Shown here one piece after another: positions 28,615-37,982 of a stretch of 64,000 nt of DNA. The stretch is from positions 61,182-125,181 of the forward strand of contig JANODX010000123.1 in NCBI GenBank assembly GCA_031412915.1. Direction: 5' to 3'. Each line of letters begins with the position of its first letter. The first letter of the stretch is position 1. The stretch is from Vicinamibacteria bacterium. GTDB lineage: Bacteria > Acidobacteriota > Vicinamibacteria > Fen-336 > JAGNNV01. The translations under genes were made by a program, and so were the position numbers. A model generated the notes under the pieces. It was not told where the DNA came from, ran no database searches, and saw nothing but the letters and a program-made list of their open reading frames with translations.

Positions 28615-29667
28615 ATGGAGACCCCCTTGTTCGATCGTCCGCATCGCCGCTTGAACCTGTTGACCGGGGAGTACGTTTTGGTGAGTCCGGAACGGACACA
28701 GCGCCCCTGGCAAGGCAGGATCGAACGCACCGCCGGGGAGGCCCGGCCCGCCTACGATCCGGGCTGCTACCTCTGCGCGGGCAACCTGCGGGCGGGGGGC
28801 CGCCGCAATCCGGACTACACGGGAACCTTCGTCTTCGACAACGACTTCGCCGCCCTCATGCCGAAGGAGAGCGGGAAAGCGCCCGCGGCCAGGGCCGGCC
28901 TGATGGTGGCCGAGCCCGAAAGCGGAGTCTGCCGGGTCGTGTGCTTCTCGCCCCGCCACGACCTGAGCGTGCCGGAGATGAGCGTGCCGGAACTCGTGGC
29001 CGTGCTGGACGCCTGGACCGAGGAAACCCGCAGCCTGGGCGCTCGCGCCGACATCGAGTGCGTGCAGATCTTCGAGAACAAGGGCGAGTTGATGGGTTGC
29101 TCCAATCCTCATCCCCACTCTCAGATCTGGGCCACGGAGCATCTGCCCAGCGAATCCGCCAAGGAGCTGGCTCGCCAGGTCAGCCACTTCGCGCGGTGCG
29201 GGCGGCCTCTGCTTTCCGATGTGCTGGCGGAGGAACTGGATCACGGACAGCGGATGGTCGTGGAGAACGAGAGCTTCGTCGCTTTCGTGCCCTTCTGGGC
29301 GGCCTGGCCCTTCGAGACCATCGTTGTCCCTCGCCGGCCCCTCCGCACCCTCCTGGACCTGGATGATCGGGATCGTCTTCGGTTGGCGGATCTGCTGAAG
29401 CGCCTCACCACTCGCTACGACAACCTTTTCGAGACCAGCTTCCCCTACAGCATGGGCTTCCACCAGGCACCCTTCGACGGGAAGGCCCACCCCGAGTGGA
29501 TCCTGCACCTGCACGTCTACCCGCCCCTCCTGCGCAGCGCCACGGTGCGGAAATTCATGGTCGGCTTCGAGATGCTGGGGATGCCCGGGCGCGACCTCAC
29601 GCCCGAACACGCCGCGGAGCGCCTGAGGGCGCTGTCGGACACCCACTACACCGAGGCGGGAAGCTGA
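28615..29667 (+). CDS. galT: galactose-1-phosphate uridylyltransferase
   Basis: [12 protein letters not shown] (HPH active site) and a zinc-binding N-terminal region. ATG at 28615 lies 11 nt after the galK stop. Confidence 0.92.
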   Translation: METPLFDRPHRRLNLLTGEYVLVSPERTQRPWQGRIERTAGEARPAYDPGCYLCAGNLRAGGRRNPDYTGTFVFDNDFAALMPKESGKAPAARAGLMVAEPESGVCRVVCFSPRHDLSVPEMSVPELVAVLDAWTEETRSLGARADIECVQIFENKGELMGCSNPHPHSQIWATEHLPSESAKELARQVSHFARCGRPLLSDVLAEELDHGQRMVVENESFVAFVPFWAAWPFETIVVPRRPLRTLLDLDDRDRLRLADLLKRLTTRYDNLFETSFPYSMGFHQAPFDGKAHPEWILHLHVYPPLLRSATVRKFMVGFEMLGMPGRDLTPEHAAERLRALSDTHYTEAGS

Positions 29668-29734
29668 TTCCAGGAGCCGCCGTTCGTGTGATGCCTGCGC
29701 CCCTCTCCGAGGGCAGGTTGGCTGGCCCCGCGGC

Positions 29735-30868
29735 CTATCGACTCGCCGGACGGAGGCGAGTGACCTGAGTCGAGACGGTTTGGTTCCCCCCGAAACCGCC
29801 GACGGTCCACCACGCGCCGCCCATCGCGACCAGGCCGCGATGATCCATCGATGGAGCGGGTAGCCGCGGACCCTCGACCCACACGTTGCGCTCGATGTCG
29901 TAGATCCAACTCGCGGCTTCGGGCTCCGAGGGCTGGCCGTCGTAGCCGACACCGTTGTAGTTGTAAGGGTTCGACGTCCCCCCCACGAACATGACGCCGA
30001 CCACGCCGCCCGTCTGCACGGCCCCGGCCGCGGCCCGGTATCGGGACCCACCGGGGTGAGAGGCGATCCGTCGCCAGGCCACGGCGGTCGGATCCAGGGG
30101 GTCGATGTCTCCTCGATAGCACTCGGGATTGATCGCGTACTTGGGAGACTTCGGAACCTGCACCTTGGCCCCGCCGCAGTAGACGATCGCGTCGCGGGCG
30201 ATTCCGCCCGCATGTCCAAACACCGGGGTTCCCGGAACCGGAGTGGCGCGCCTCCACCGGTCGAGGGCGGGATCGTAGACCTGAACCGCATCGATGTTGT
30301 TCGCGACCGACCAGCCGCTGATCAGAAAGATCAGGCGATCGCGCCACACCGCCGATACGGTGTCGTCCACCGGCACGGGTATGTCCGTGCCCCGCGAATA
30401 GCTGCGGTTCCGGACATCGTAGATGTCCACCGCCGGACTGGTCGTCTCCTTGCCGTCCGCGGCCACGGAATACCCGCCGAACACGTACACGCGCTCGCCG
30501 AAGGCCTGAGCGGTGGCGGCGAGCCGTCCCACCGGGCCCGGCACGTCCGGCAGCGCCTCCCACCGGCCCAGGGCGAGGTCGAGCGTCCAGGCATGGGTGG
30601 TGATGGCGCGGAAGTCCTTGCCCGCGGAGAGGCCCAGAAAGCTGAAGATCCGATCTCGCCCGTCCACCGTGGATCCGGCCACCGCGTTGTTCGCGAGCGC
30701 CTCGGGCAACGGTGGTCCGGCCTCGACCTTGAACGCCGGAGCCGCGGCCGCAGGCGAGGCCCGGTCCGCCCCTGAATCCGCCTGCCCGGTTGTGGGTCCG
30801 GGATCGCGGCACGCCGTCATCGCCGAAATCAGCAGGAGAAATACTTGTTTGAATCCGCGTGCGCTCAT
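29735..30868 (-). CDS. Kelch-repeat beta-propeller lipoprotein (NanM / galactose-oxidase-central-domain-like)
   Basis: Lipobox LLISAMTAC; repeated Kelch-like blades (VYVFGGY..., LIFLISGW..., IVYCGG..., VMFVGG..., LVAMGG...). Confidence 0.7.
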   Translation of the reverse strand: MSARGFKQVFLLLISAMTACRDPGPTTGQADSGADRASPAAAAPAFKVEAGPPLPEALANNAVAGSTVDGRDRIFSFLGLSAGKDFRAITTHAWTLDLALGRWEALPDVPGPVGRLAATAQAFGERVYVFGGYSVAADGKETTSPAVDIYDVRNRSYSRGTDIPVPVDDTVSAVWRDRLIFLISGWSVANNIDAVQVYDPALDRWRRATPVPGTPVFGHAGGIARDAIVYCGGAKVQVPKSPKYAINPECYRGDIDPLDPTAVAWRRIASHPGGSRYRAAAGAVQTGGVVGVMFVGGTSNPYNYNGVGYDGQPSEPEAASWIYDIERNVWVEGPRLPAPSMDHRGLVAMGGAWWTVGGFGGNQTVSTQVTRLRPASR

Positions 30869-30916
30869 CGGGCCGACGGTATCATGTCCGTATTCGAGCG
30901 CGACCCCGACGGGTCG

Positions 30917-31382
30917 CATCAGGAGGATGCCTATGCGTCAATGGTTACTACGAGGACTGCTTATCATGCTCGCCATCCCGGCGGCCGCCCAGACCTTGGA
31001 TTCGAAAGACGTCGTCGACGTCAAGGCCACGCTTGCAGCCATGTGGGACGCGGTGGAGAAGGGTGACGTCGACCGCTACGCGACATACGTGCATCCGGCT
31101 TTCACGTCGTTCGGCGAGAACGACACCTACATCACGGAAGGCAAGGAGGCGGAGGTCCGCAACTATCGCGACTATCTGCGCCGGGCCACCGGTGTGCACA
31201 CGGACATGCACCAGCCCGTGGTGACGGTGCGTGGCGAGGTCGCGTGGATCACCTACTACTGGACCGACTCGGGGCTGAGCGACGGCAAGCGCTTCAGTTC
31301 ACGCGGCAAGTCCACGCGCATCTTCGTCCGCGAGGGTGGTCGCTGGCTTTGCACCCACGGCCACTACACCGCGGTTCCCTGA
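30917..31382 (+). CDS. secreted NTF2/SnoaL-like (DUF4440-type) protein
   Basis: AGGAGG immediately upstream (a second ATG at 30923 has better spacing); signal peptide LLRGLLIMLAIPAAAQ; NTF2-like core. Confidence 0.7.
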
Positions 31383-31460
31383 GACGCTTGTTGCCACCCC
31401 GAGGGTCCAGGGCCGTGAGCCGACCATAGGACACGAGCGCCCTGCGCGCAGGAACTCGCG

Positions 31461-32219
31461 CTAGGTCGCGACGAGGAACCGGACGATCGAATCCACATCG
31501 GCGTGGGAGGTCGTGTCTTTTCCGAGGGGCGTGATGGAGACGTAGCCGGCGCGGATCGCGGCCATGTCGTCGCCATCGGCCGCGTCCCACTTGTCGAAGG
31601 GCTCGGCGATCCAATAGAACGAGCGCCCGCGGGAATCCTTCGTGACCGAAACACCCGAAGCATGACCGCGCATACCCTGCCGCGTCACTTTCACGCCCCG
31701 GATCTCGGAGGCGGATCCGTCCGGGACATTGAGATTCAGGAGCACTCCGGGCGTCGGTGGAGCGGTGAGCAACATCTCGCACACGCGCCTGGAATGCCTG
31801 GCCGCTTCGCTGAAGTCGATCGGGCGGCCTCGGGTGACGAGCGAACACGCCGCGGACGGAAGCCCCCAAAAGGCGGCTTCGCGCGCCCCCCCGACCGTGC
31901 CCGAATAGTAGACATCGTCACCCAGATTAGCGCCGCGGTTGATGCCGGAAAGAACCACATCCGGCTTCTGGGGCAAAAGGCTGGCGAGCGCCAGGACGAC
32001 GCAATCGGCCGGCGTCCCATCGACCGCATAGGTGGTCTCGTCGATTCTCTCCACGGTGAGAGGGCCTTTGATCGTGATGCCCTGTCCGCATGCGCTCCGC
32101 TCACGGTCGGGGGCTATGACCACGACGTCCCCGAGATCGGCCACCGCGTCCCGAAGGGCCAGAAGCCCAGGGGCCCGGTAGCCATCGTCGTTGGTGATAA
32201 GGATGAGCGGTCGAGACAT
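31461..32219 (-). CDS. surE: 5'/3'-nucleotidase SurE
   Basis: MSRPLILITNDDGYRAPGL...GINRGANLGDDVYYSGTV is canonical SurE. Confidence 0.92.
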   Translation of the reverse strand: MSRPLILITNDDGYRAPGLLALRDAVADLGDVVVIAPDRERSACGQGITIKGPLTVERIDETTYAVDGTPADCVVLALASLLPQKPDVVLSGINRGANLGDDVYYSGTVGGAREAAFWGLPSAACSLVTRGRPIDFSEAARHSRRVCEMLLTAPPTPGVLLNLNVPDGSASEIRGVKVTRQGMRGHASGVSVTKDSRGRSFYWIAEPFDKWDAADGDDMAAIRAGYVSITPLGKDTTSHADVDSIVRFLVAT

Positions 32220-32319
32220 CCCTTCAGCCTATCGGGTTTCGGGGACGCTACAAAGAGCGAGACGCGAGGGCTGAAGAGGGGGCCGGGACGCGAAGGGCGA
32301 GGGCTGCGACCTCGCTCCC

Positions 32320-32529
32320 TCAGGCCGCGTAGTAGCGCACCGCCGTGAAGTGGCAGAAGGTGCCTGCGAGCACGAACAGGTGCCAGACGAAATGGCCGAA
32401 GCGAAGGCCCTTCGCGGCGTAGAACGCCACACCCGCCGTGTTGGCGTGCGGCACGCCGCCGCAGATCACGGCGATGGCAACCGAGCTGGCCAAAGCCGGC
32501 CCCCAGTGCCTCACCACCTTTTTTGCCAA
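32320..32529 (-). pseudogene. C-terminal fragment of a hemolysin-III/PAQR-family channel protein gene
   Basis: AFYAAKGLRFGHFVWHLFVLAGTFCHFTAVRYYAA matches the conserved C-terminus of HlyIII family proteins (...HEIWHLFVLAGSACHF.AV..Y). The upstream about 170 codons are absent. Confidence 0.55.
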
Positions 32530-32689
32530 CCTGCGGGCCGCGCACCTGGCGCCCGTGCTAGAAACGGAGCCGGCCGTCCCGGTTTACGACACCGTGAGCC
32601 CGGCGGTGTGGGAATCGCTGCGCCTGTGCGGCGTGGACACCGCACGTGTGAAGGATTGGGGCAACTTGTTCAACGAGGAGATCGCATGA
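32438..32689 (+). other. orphan ORF/gene fragment at left edge of the high-GC block (antisense to the hlyIII fragment)
   Basis: 83-aa ORF with very high GC3 (block-like codon usage); no recognisable family. Could be the C-terminus of a gene lost at the junction. Confidence 0.3.
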
Positions 32690-32825
32690 AACATCCGATG
32701 TCAACCTGTTCCTTGCGGGCCGCTGCGCCGAGCCGCCCCGAGCCAAACCCGACCCAGGGCCACGCGGGCGGGCCTTCGCGGCCCTCGGAGGGTCGATCCC
32801 CGTACTCGGCGATCAGGGGGCGGTC

Positions 32826-34289
32826 ATGAGCGTGGCCTTTGACCTCATCGTGCGCAACGCCCAGACAGCCACGGCGGCCGACCTGTTCCGCTGCGACATC
32901 GGCATTCGCGGCGGGCGCATCACTGCACTGAGCGAGCAGCTGCCGGCCGGCGCGGGCACGCGCGAGATCGACGCCGCGGGGCGTTATGTCACCCCGGGCG
33001 GTGTCGACTCCCACTGCCACATCGACCAGCCCATGCTGCCGCCGATCCGCATGGCCGACAACTTCGAAACCGGCACGCGTTCGGCCGCCTGCGGGGGCAC
33101 CACCACCGTGATCCCGTTCGCGGCGCAGCAGCGGGGGCAGGGCGTGCAGGCGGCCGTCGACGACTACCACCGCCGCGCCGAGGGCAACGCAAGTGTTGAC
33201 TATGCCTTCCACCTGATCGTGAGCGACCCCACGCCCGAGGTCCTCAACATCGAGTTGCCGGCGCTGATCGAACGCGGGTACACGTCGTTCAAGCTCTACA
33301 TGACCTATGAAGACCTGAAGCTCGACGACCGGCAGATTCTTGAGCTGCTGGAGGTGGCACGCCGCCATGGGGCGATGGTGATGATCCACGCCGAGAACAC
33401 CGACGCGATCACCTACCTCAGCGAGCGCCTGCTGGCCGTGGGCAAGAGTGCGCCGCGCTACCACGGGCTGTCGCGGCCCTCGCCGGTGGAGCGCGAGGCC
33501 ACGCACCGCGCGATCACGCTGGCCGAGCTGCTCGACGTGCCCATCCTGCTGGTGCATGTGTCGGGCGCCGAGGCGGTGGAGCAGATCCGCTGGGCACGGG
33601 GCAAGGGGCTCAACGTGCAGGCCGAGACCTGCCCGCAGTACCTCTTTCTCACCCAGGACGACCTGGCCTTGCCCGGCTTCCATGGAGCGCGCGGCGTGTG
33701 CAGCCCGCCGCCACGCGACAAGGCCAACCAGCAAGTGATCTGGGACGGCCTGGTCGACGGTCTGTTCAGTGTCTTCTCTTCGGACCATGCGCCTTTCAAC
33801 TACGACGACGACTCGGGTAAACGCCTGGGCGGCAAGGAGCCCGCGTTCCCGCACATCCCGAACGGTGTGCCGGGCATCGAGACGCGCATGGCCTTGCTGT
33901 TCTCGGAGGGGGTGCTCGCGGGGCGCATGCCCATCCAGCAGTTCGTCGCCCTCACGGCCACCAATGCGGCGCGCCTGTATGGCCTCTACCCCCGGAAGGG
34001 CACGATTGCCATCGGCAGCGACGCCGATCTGGTGATCTGGAACAGCGGCACGCCTTACACCATCCGCAATGAAGCGCTGCACCACGCCGTCGACCACACG
34101 CCTTACGAGGGCCGAGAGCTGCGGGCCTGGCCTGCGATGACGCTGCTGCGTGGCGAGGTGGTCTGGGACGGCGAGCGTTTTCTCGGCCGCGCCGGTGGGG
34201 GCCAGTTCCTGCGCTGTGAGCGGCCCGAGGCGGCACGCCCGCGACCGCGCGCGCAGACCTGGCGGCGTTTTATGGAACTGGAAGACTGA
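32826..34289 (+). CDS. D-hydantoinase / dihydropyrimidinase-family cyclic amidohydrolase
   Basis: GGVDSHCHID metal-binding motif, ...FKLYMTY..., VHVSG.EAVE... and SDHAPF are all typical of the dihydropyrimidinase/hydantoinase family. Confidence 0.85.
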   Translation: MSVAFDLIVRNAQTATAADLFRCDIGIRGGRITALSEQLPAGAGTREIDAAGRYVTPGGVDSHCHIDQPMLPPIRMADNFETGTRSAACGGTTTVIPFAAQQRGQGVQAAVDDYHRRAEGNASVDYAFHLIVSDPTPEVLNIELPALIERGYTSFKLYMTYEDLKLDDRQILELLEVARRHGAMVMIHAENTDAITYLSERLLAVGKSAPRYHGLSRPSPVEREATHRAITLAELLDVPILLVHVSGAEAVEQIRWARGKGLNVQAETCPQYLFLTQDDLALPGFHGARGVCSPPPRDKANQQVIWDGLVDGLFSVFSSDHAPFNYDDDSGKRLGGKEPAFPHIPNGVPGIETRMALLFSEGVLAGRMPIQQFVALTATNAARLYGLYPRKGTIAIGSDADLVIWNSGTPYTIRNEALHHAVDHTPYEGRELRAWPAMTLLRGEVVWDGERFLGRAGGGQFLRCERPEAARPRPRAQTWRRFMELED

Positions 34290-34291
34290 GC

Positions 34292-34714
34292 GTGACGAAC
34301 CGACTCTTGATAACCGTCGCGGGCCACCGCTTCATTGCGGAGGCGCACCCTGATGCGCCCCAGACCTTTGCGGCCTTCGCCCGGCTGCTGCCCTACCGGC
34401 AGAAGCTGATCCACGTGCGCTGGAGCGGCGAAGCGGTGTGGGTGCCGCTCGGCGACTTTCATCTCGGCGTGGGCTACGAGAACCACACCAGCCACCCGTC
34501 GGTGGGCGACGTGCTTTTCTACCCTGGCGGCTTCAGTGAAACCGAGCTGCTCATCGCCTATGGCGCTTGCAGCTTTTCCAGCAAAATGGGGCCACTGGCG
34601 GGCAACCACTTTCTGCGCATCGTCAAAGGACAGGAGCAACTGGCGGCGCTGGGGCGCAAGGTGCTGTGGGAAGGCGCACAAGACGGGCTGTTCGAGTGGG
34701 AGCCACACGTGTAG
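34292..34714 (+). CDS. hypothetical protein (DUF commonly found beside hydantoinases)
   Basis: 140 aa. Start overlaps the hydantoinase stop region; same codon-usage regime as its neighbours. Confidence 0.6.
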   Translation: MTNRLLITVAGHRFIAEAHPDAPQTFAAFARLLPYRQKLIHVRWSGEAVWVPLGDFHLGVGYENHTSHPSVGDVLFYPGGFSETELLIAYGACSFSSKMGPLAGNHFLRIVKGQEQLAALGRKVLWEGAQDGLFEWEPHV

Positions 34715-34824
34715 GCGAGGTTTGCGGCACGCCAACGGTGGCCCCGCCCACGAGAAACCCCTTGCGCGCATGACCGTGGCTACTTCTGCGATCCGGCGCC
34801 GTGATTGATAATGAGCGGGTGCGC

Positions 34825-35763
34825 ATGCGAGTAACCCTGATTCTGACGGCGGTGTTCGTCCCGTGCCTGCTGGGCGGAACCGCCGCCCGAGCCGCGCAGG
34901 ACGCGCCGTGGTGGAAGGCGCTGCCTCGTCCGATCTACCGCGAGCTGGAGCGGGTAAAGGTGGACTCGCACTGGTTCGAGGTGTACCGAGTGGCTCCGGG
35001 CACGACGGCGCTCTATGAACCAGGACACTGGCAGGAGGCGATTTCCTATCTCATCGAAGGCGGCGAGCGCGCCGTCCTGTTCGACACCGGTCTCGGCATC
35101 GCCAACATCAAGGCCGTCGTCGATCAGTTGACGACCCTCCCCGTGACGGTTGTGAACTCGCACGAGCACTTCGACCACATTGGCGGCGATCGCCTGTTCA
35201 CCGAGGTCGCCGTCGCGGACAATCCGGCGGCCCTCGCGCGATTGGCGCGCGGCACGGGCAGCCTGGCGGGCGAGATCACAGCCGAGACCGTCTGGATGCC
35301 GCTGCCGGCGGGCTTCGACCGGGCGCGTTACGAGACGCCGCCGATTCGGCCGACGCGGCGGCTCATCGACGGCGAGCGTCTCGACCTTGGCGGGCGCACG
35401 CTCGAGGTCGTCCTCACGCCGGGGCATACGCCGGGCAGTCTGTGCCTGCTCGACCGCGGGCGCCGCCTGCTGTTCACGGGCGATACGCTGTATCCCGCGA
35501 CATTGTACGCGCACGCCCCCGAGTCGAACCTCCGAGACTACGTGCGCTCCGCGGCGCGCCTCGGCGCACTTGGCGACCTGGTCGACATGCTGTGCCCGGG
35601 CCACAACGAGGCGAAGGTATCGGCCACGCTGCTGACCCGCTTCGCGAGGGCGTTTGCCGCCATCGGTCGCGGGGAGGTGTCCGCCGCGCGTGAACGCCCC
35701 GGCGTCGTTCGCTACGACTCGGAGGGGATCGTCTTGCTCGCGCGGGACGAGCAGAAGAAGTAG
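34825..35763 (+). CDS. secreted MBL-fold metallo-hydrolase
   Basis: Signal peptide MRVTLILTAVFVPCLLGGTAARAAQ; SHEHFDHIGG (HxHxDH) and downstream His/Asp ligands. Confidence 0.8.
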   Translation: MRVTLILTAVFVPCLLGGTAARAAQDAPWWKALPRPIYRELERVKVDSHWFEVYRVAPGTTALYEPGHWQEAISYLIEGGERAVLFDTGLGIANIKAVVDQLTTLPVTVVNSHEHFDHIGGDRLFTEVAVADNPAALARLARGTGSLAGEITAETVWMPLPAGFDRARYETPPIRPTRRLIDGERLDLGGRTLEVVLTPGHTPGSLCLLDRGRRLLFTGDTLYPATLYAHAPESNLRDYVRSAARLGALGDLVDMLCPGHNEAKVSATLLTRFARAFAAIGRGEVSAARERPGVVRYDSEGIVLLARDEQKK

Positions 35764-35824
35764 CCCGGCGGCCCGTCGACCGCGTCCGGCGAACGCCAGG
35801 GCCGCTCGACGGTATCCTTCGTTC

Positions 35825-37162
35825 ATGAATCGACGCCAGTTCCTGAACCACGGCGTCCTCGCGGTGTCCGGCCTGGCCGTGACGGCGCCACCGGCGGGCG
35901 CGCAACCCTCCGGTGCCGCGGCCCTCGACGCCGCGCGCGCGCTGGCCCTGGCCCAGACCCGCCGCGCGGAGCTCGTGGACCTGCTCTCGCGGCTCATCGC
36001 CGTTTCGAGCCCGCTCGGCGAATCGGCCGAGCAGGCGCAGCGCCTGGTCGCCGACTACTTGAACACGCGCGGCTATCGCTCGGAGTTGACCACCGACGAT
36101 CCCACGGCGTACACCTCGCATCCCGATTACATGGCGCCCGCCACGCCGTATCCCGCCCCGGCCGTCAACCTCGTGGCCCGGGCGGCATCACGTCCGTCGA
36201 AAGTGGGGCTGTTCGCTCACATCGACACCGAAGGCGCGGGCGCCGGCTGGACCTCCCCGCCGCTCACGGCCACGGTGCGCGACGGCCGTCTGTACGGACT
36301 AGGCGCCGCTGACGACAAGGGCGGCGTGGCCGCCATGGCCGTGGCCGCCGCGATCCTGCAGGCCAACGGGCGGCCGAGCCCGCTCGTGATGAGCCTGCAC
36401 GGCAAGGGCGGTGGGAGTCGTGGCAGCCTGCCCACGTTCGCCCGCCTGCGCGAGTTCTCGCAGGTGCTCTACGTGCATCCGGCCGAGACGGGGCGCGGAT
36501 TCGCCGACATCAAGCACATCGTGCGCGGCGTGCTCGACATGCGCCTCACGGTAACCGGCTGGCGCGGCGACGTGCGCGAGCTCGGGAGCCCGGACAGCGC
36601 GTCGTTCTCCGAGGGTGGGGACGCCCTGCAGGCGGCGCTGGCGATGGTCGACGCGTGGCGGACGGGACCGCTCAAGGGCGCCGAGGTGAACGTAGGCGAG
36701 ATCGCGGCCGGCGACCGCGTGGGCTCGGTGCCGGCGCAGGCCCGCGCCCGTGTACGCGTGCTCTTCGACGACGCACGCGCCTTCGGCGAGGTGCTTTTGG
36801 ACGCGCGTCGCGAGTGCGACCGGGTGGCGGCCGCGCGCAGCCGCGGCGACCACAAGATCACGGTTACGCTCGAGCGCGCCGGCCTGGGCGCCAACCACGC
36901 CTCCGTGCCGTGGGATTCGCCGGCGTGCCGCGTGCTGCGCGCCTCGATTGAAGACGTCACCGGCCGCGCGCCGGCGTCGTATCCGACCCACTTCGCCGGC
37001 GACATCCGGTATCCGATTCGCCTGGCCGGGGTGCCGGCCTTCGGCATGGGCTCGCTCGCCGGCGGCTTCTACGGCGCCGACGAGTGGGTGGATATCGACG
37101 ACCTGGTGCGGCTCGTCGCCATCGTGATGGTGTGCGCCGACCGTTGGGCGGCGTTGCCCTAG
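35825..37162 (+). CDS. TAT-secreted M20-family peptidase / amidohydrolase (ArgE/DapE/N-carbamoyl-amino-acid hydrolase-like)
   Basis: Twin-arginine motif MNRRQFLNHGVLAVSGLAV; M20 metal-binding region GLGAADDKGGVAAM. Confidence 0.8.
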   Translation: MNRRQFLNHGVLAVSGLAVTAPPAGAQPSGAAALDAARALALAQTRRAELVDLLSRLIAVSSPLGESAEQAQRLVADYLNTRGYRSELTTDDPTAYTSHPDYMAPATPYPAPAVNLVARAASRPSKVGLFAHIDTEGAGAGWTSPPLTATVRDGRLYGLGAADDKGGVAAMAVAAAILQANGRPSPLVMSLHGKGGGSRGSLPTFARLREFSQVLYVHPAETGRGFADIKHIVRGVLDMRLTVTGWRGDVRELGSPDSASFSEGGDALQAALAMVDAWRTGPLKGAEVNVGEIAAGDRVGSVPAQARARVRVLFDDARAFGEVLLDARRECDRVAAARSRGDHKITVTLERAGLGANHASVPWDSPACRVLRASIEDVTGRAPASYPTHFAGDIRYPIRLAGVPAFGMGSLAGGFYGADEWVDIDDLVRLVAIVMVCADRWAALP

Positions 37163-37404
37163 GATCTGGGACTCCGCCGATCAGGATCATGCCCTCGCTC
37201 GTTGCCTCACGCGCCACCGCAGAATGGGCCTTGAGGTCGGGCTTGTTCGAGTAGGCGCAGCCCTTCTGGCGCGGCGCTCAATGAGAGCACGCTCTCCGCC
37301 GTGCGCTTCGACCTCAAACACCTGGCCGCGCTCGTTTCGCTTACGCTCCGAGAGATCATGGCCTGGTCAACCGGCGCAGGGTGAGCCCGGCAAGCGCCAC
37401 CACT

Positions 37405-37593
37405 TCACTCGGTGCGGAGCGCGTTGAGTGGGTTGAGTGGGTTGACGCGGGTCGCCCGGCGGGCAGGAATGTAACAGGCGAGCAACGCCACCAGACTCAA
37501 CACAAGCGGAGCGGCGATGAAGGTCAAGGGGACTGGTTCTGTAGAGCATGCCCGCAACCACCTGGCCGAGGCCCGTGGAGGCCGTACATCCAA
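37405..37593 (-). pseudogene. C-terminal fragment of an FtsX/MacB-like ABC transporter permease gene
   Basis: Ends ...[33 protein letters not shown]. This is the hallmark C-terminus (YPA.RAARL.PVEALR.E) of FtsX-family permeases, here with an internal NPL duplication caused by a GAGTGGGTT tandem repeat. No upstream permease body. Confidence 0.5.
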
Positions 37594-37834
37594 GGCGCGG
37601 TTCGTCTATGCGGGCGCTGGAAAAGCACCGGACGCGTCGCTACCAGCCCGCGAACGCGCTCACCGCCGACGTTCGCCGGCATCTGAACAGCGAGCGCCCT
37701 AAGTGACCGACTCTCATCAACGAGCAGGGTGGGAGCCTCGGCTCGCGCTGCAACCCCCGTGCAACCCCAGAAGGAATGGCGTGGGGGGCGAGAACCGCCG
37801 AAACTCACGAAACCAGCGTCGATACTGGGGAAAG

Positions 37835-37912
37835 ATGGTCGGGATGGGAGGATTTGAACCTCCGACCCCCTGCACCCCAAGCAGGTGCGCTATCCAGGCT
37901 GCGCTACATCCC
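37835..37912 (-). tRNA. tRNA-Pro (anticodon GGG)
   Basis: CGGGATG-TA-GCGC-AGCCTGGATA-GCGC-A-CCTGC-TTGGGGT-GCAGG-GGGTC-GGAGG-TTCAAAT-CCTCC-CATCCCG-A-CCA. Perfect stems, G37, CCA encoded. Confidence 0.9.
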
Positions 37913-37982
37913 GATGTACGTCGACGTCAAGGGGGCGGAGTCTACCAGCGTTCCGGGGATCGGTACGACGCCCTTGGCGGCC

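Noticed and set aside
28591-30812. 566-aa and 388-aa minus ORFs (28591..30291, 29646..30812)
   Set aside because: Antisense to galT, and out-of-frame over the Kelch gene respectively; both Arg/Gly-rich junk. The 29735..30919 frame reads as a real Kelch beta-propeller.
32670-34097. 475-aa minus ORF opposite the hydantoinase; also 34780..35997 minus opposite the MBL gene
   Set aside because: Antisense shadows in a region of about 70 % GC.
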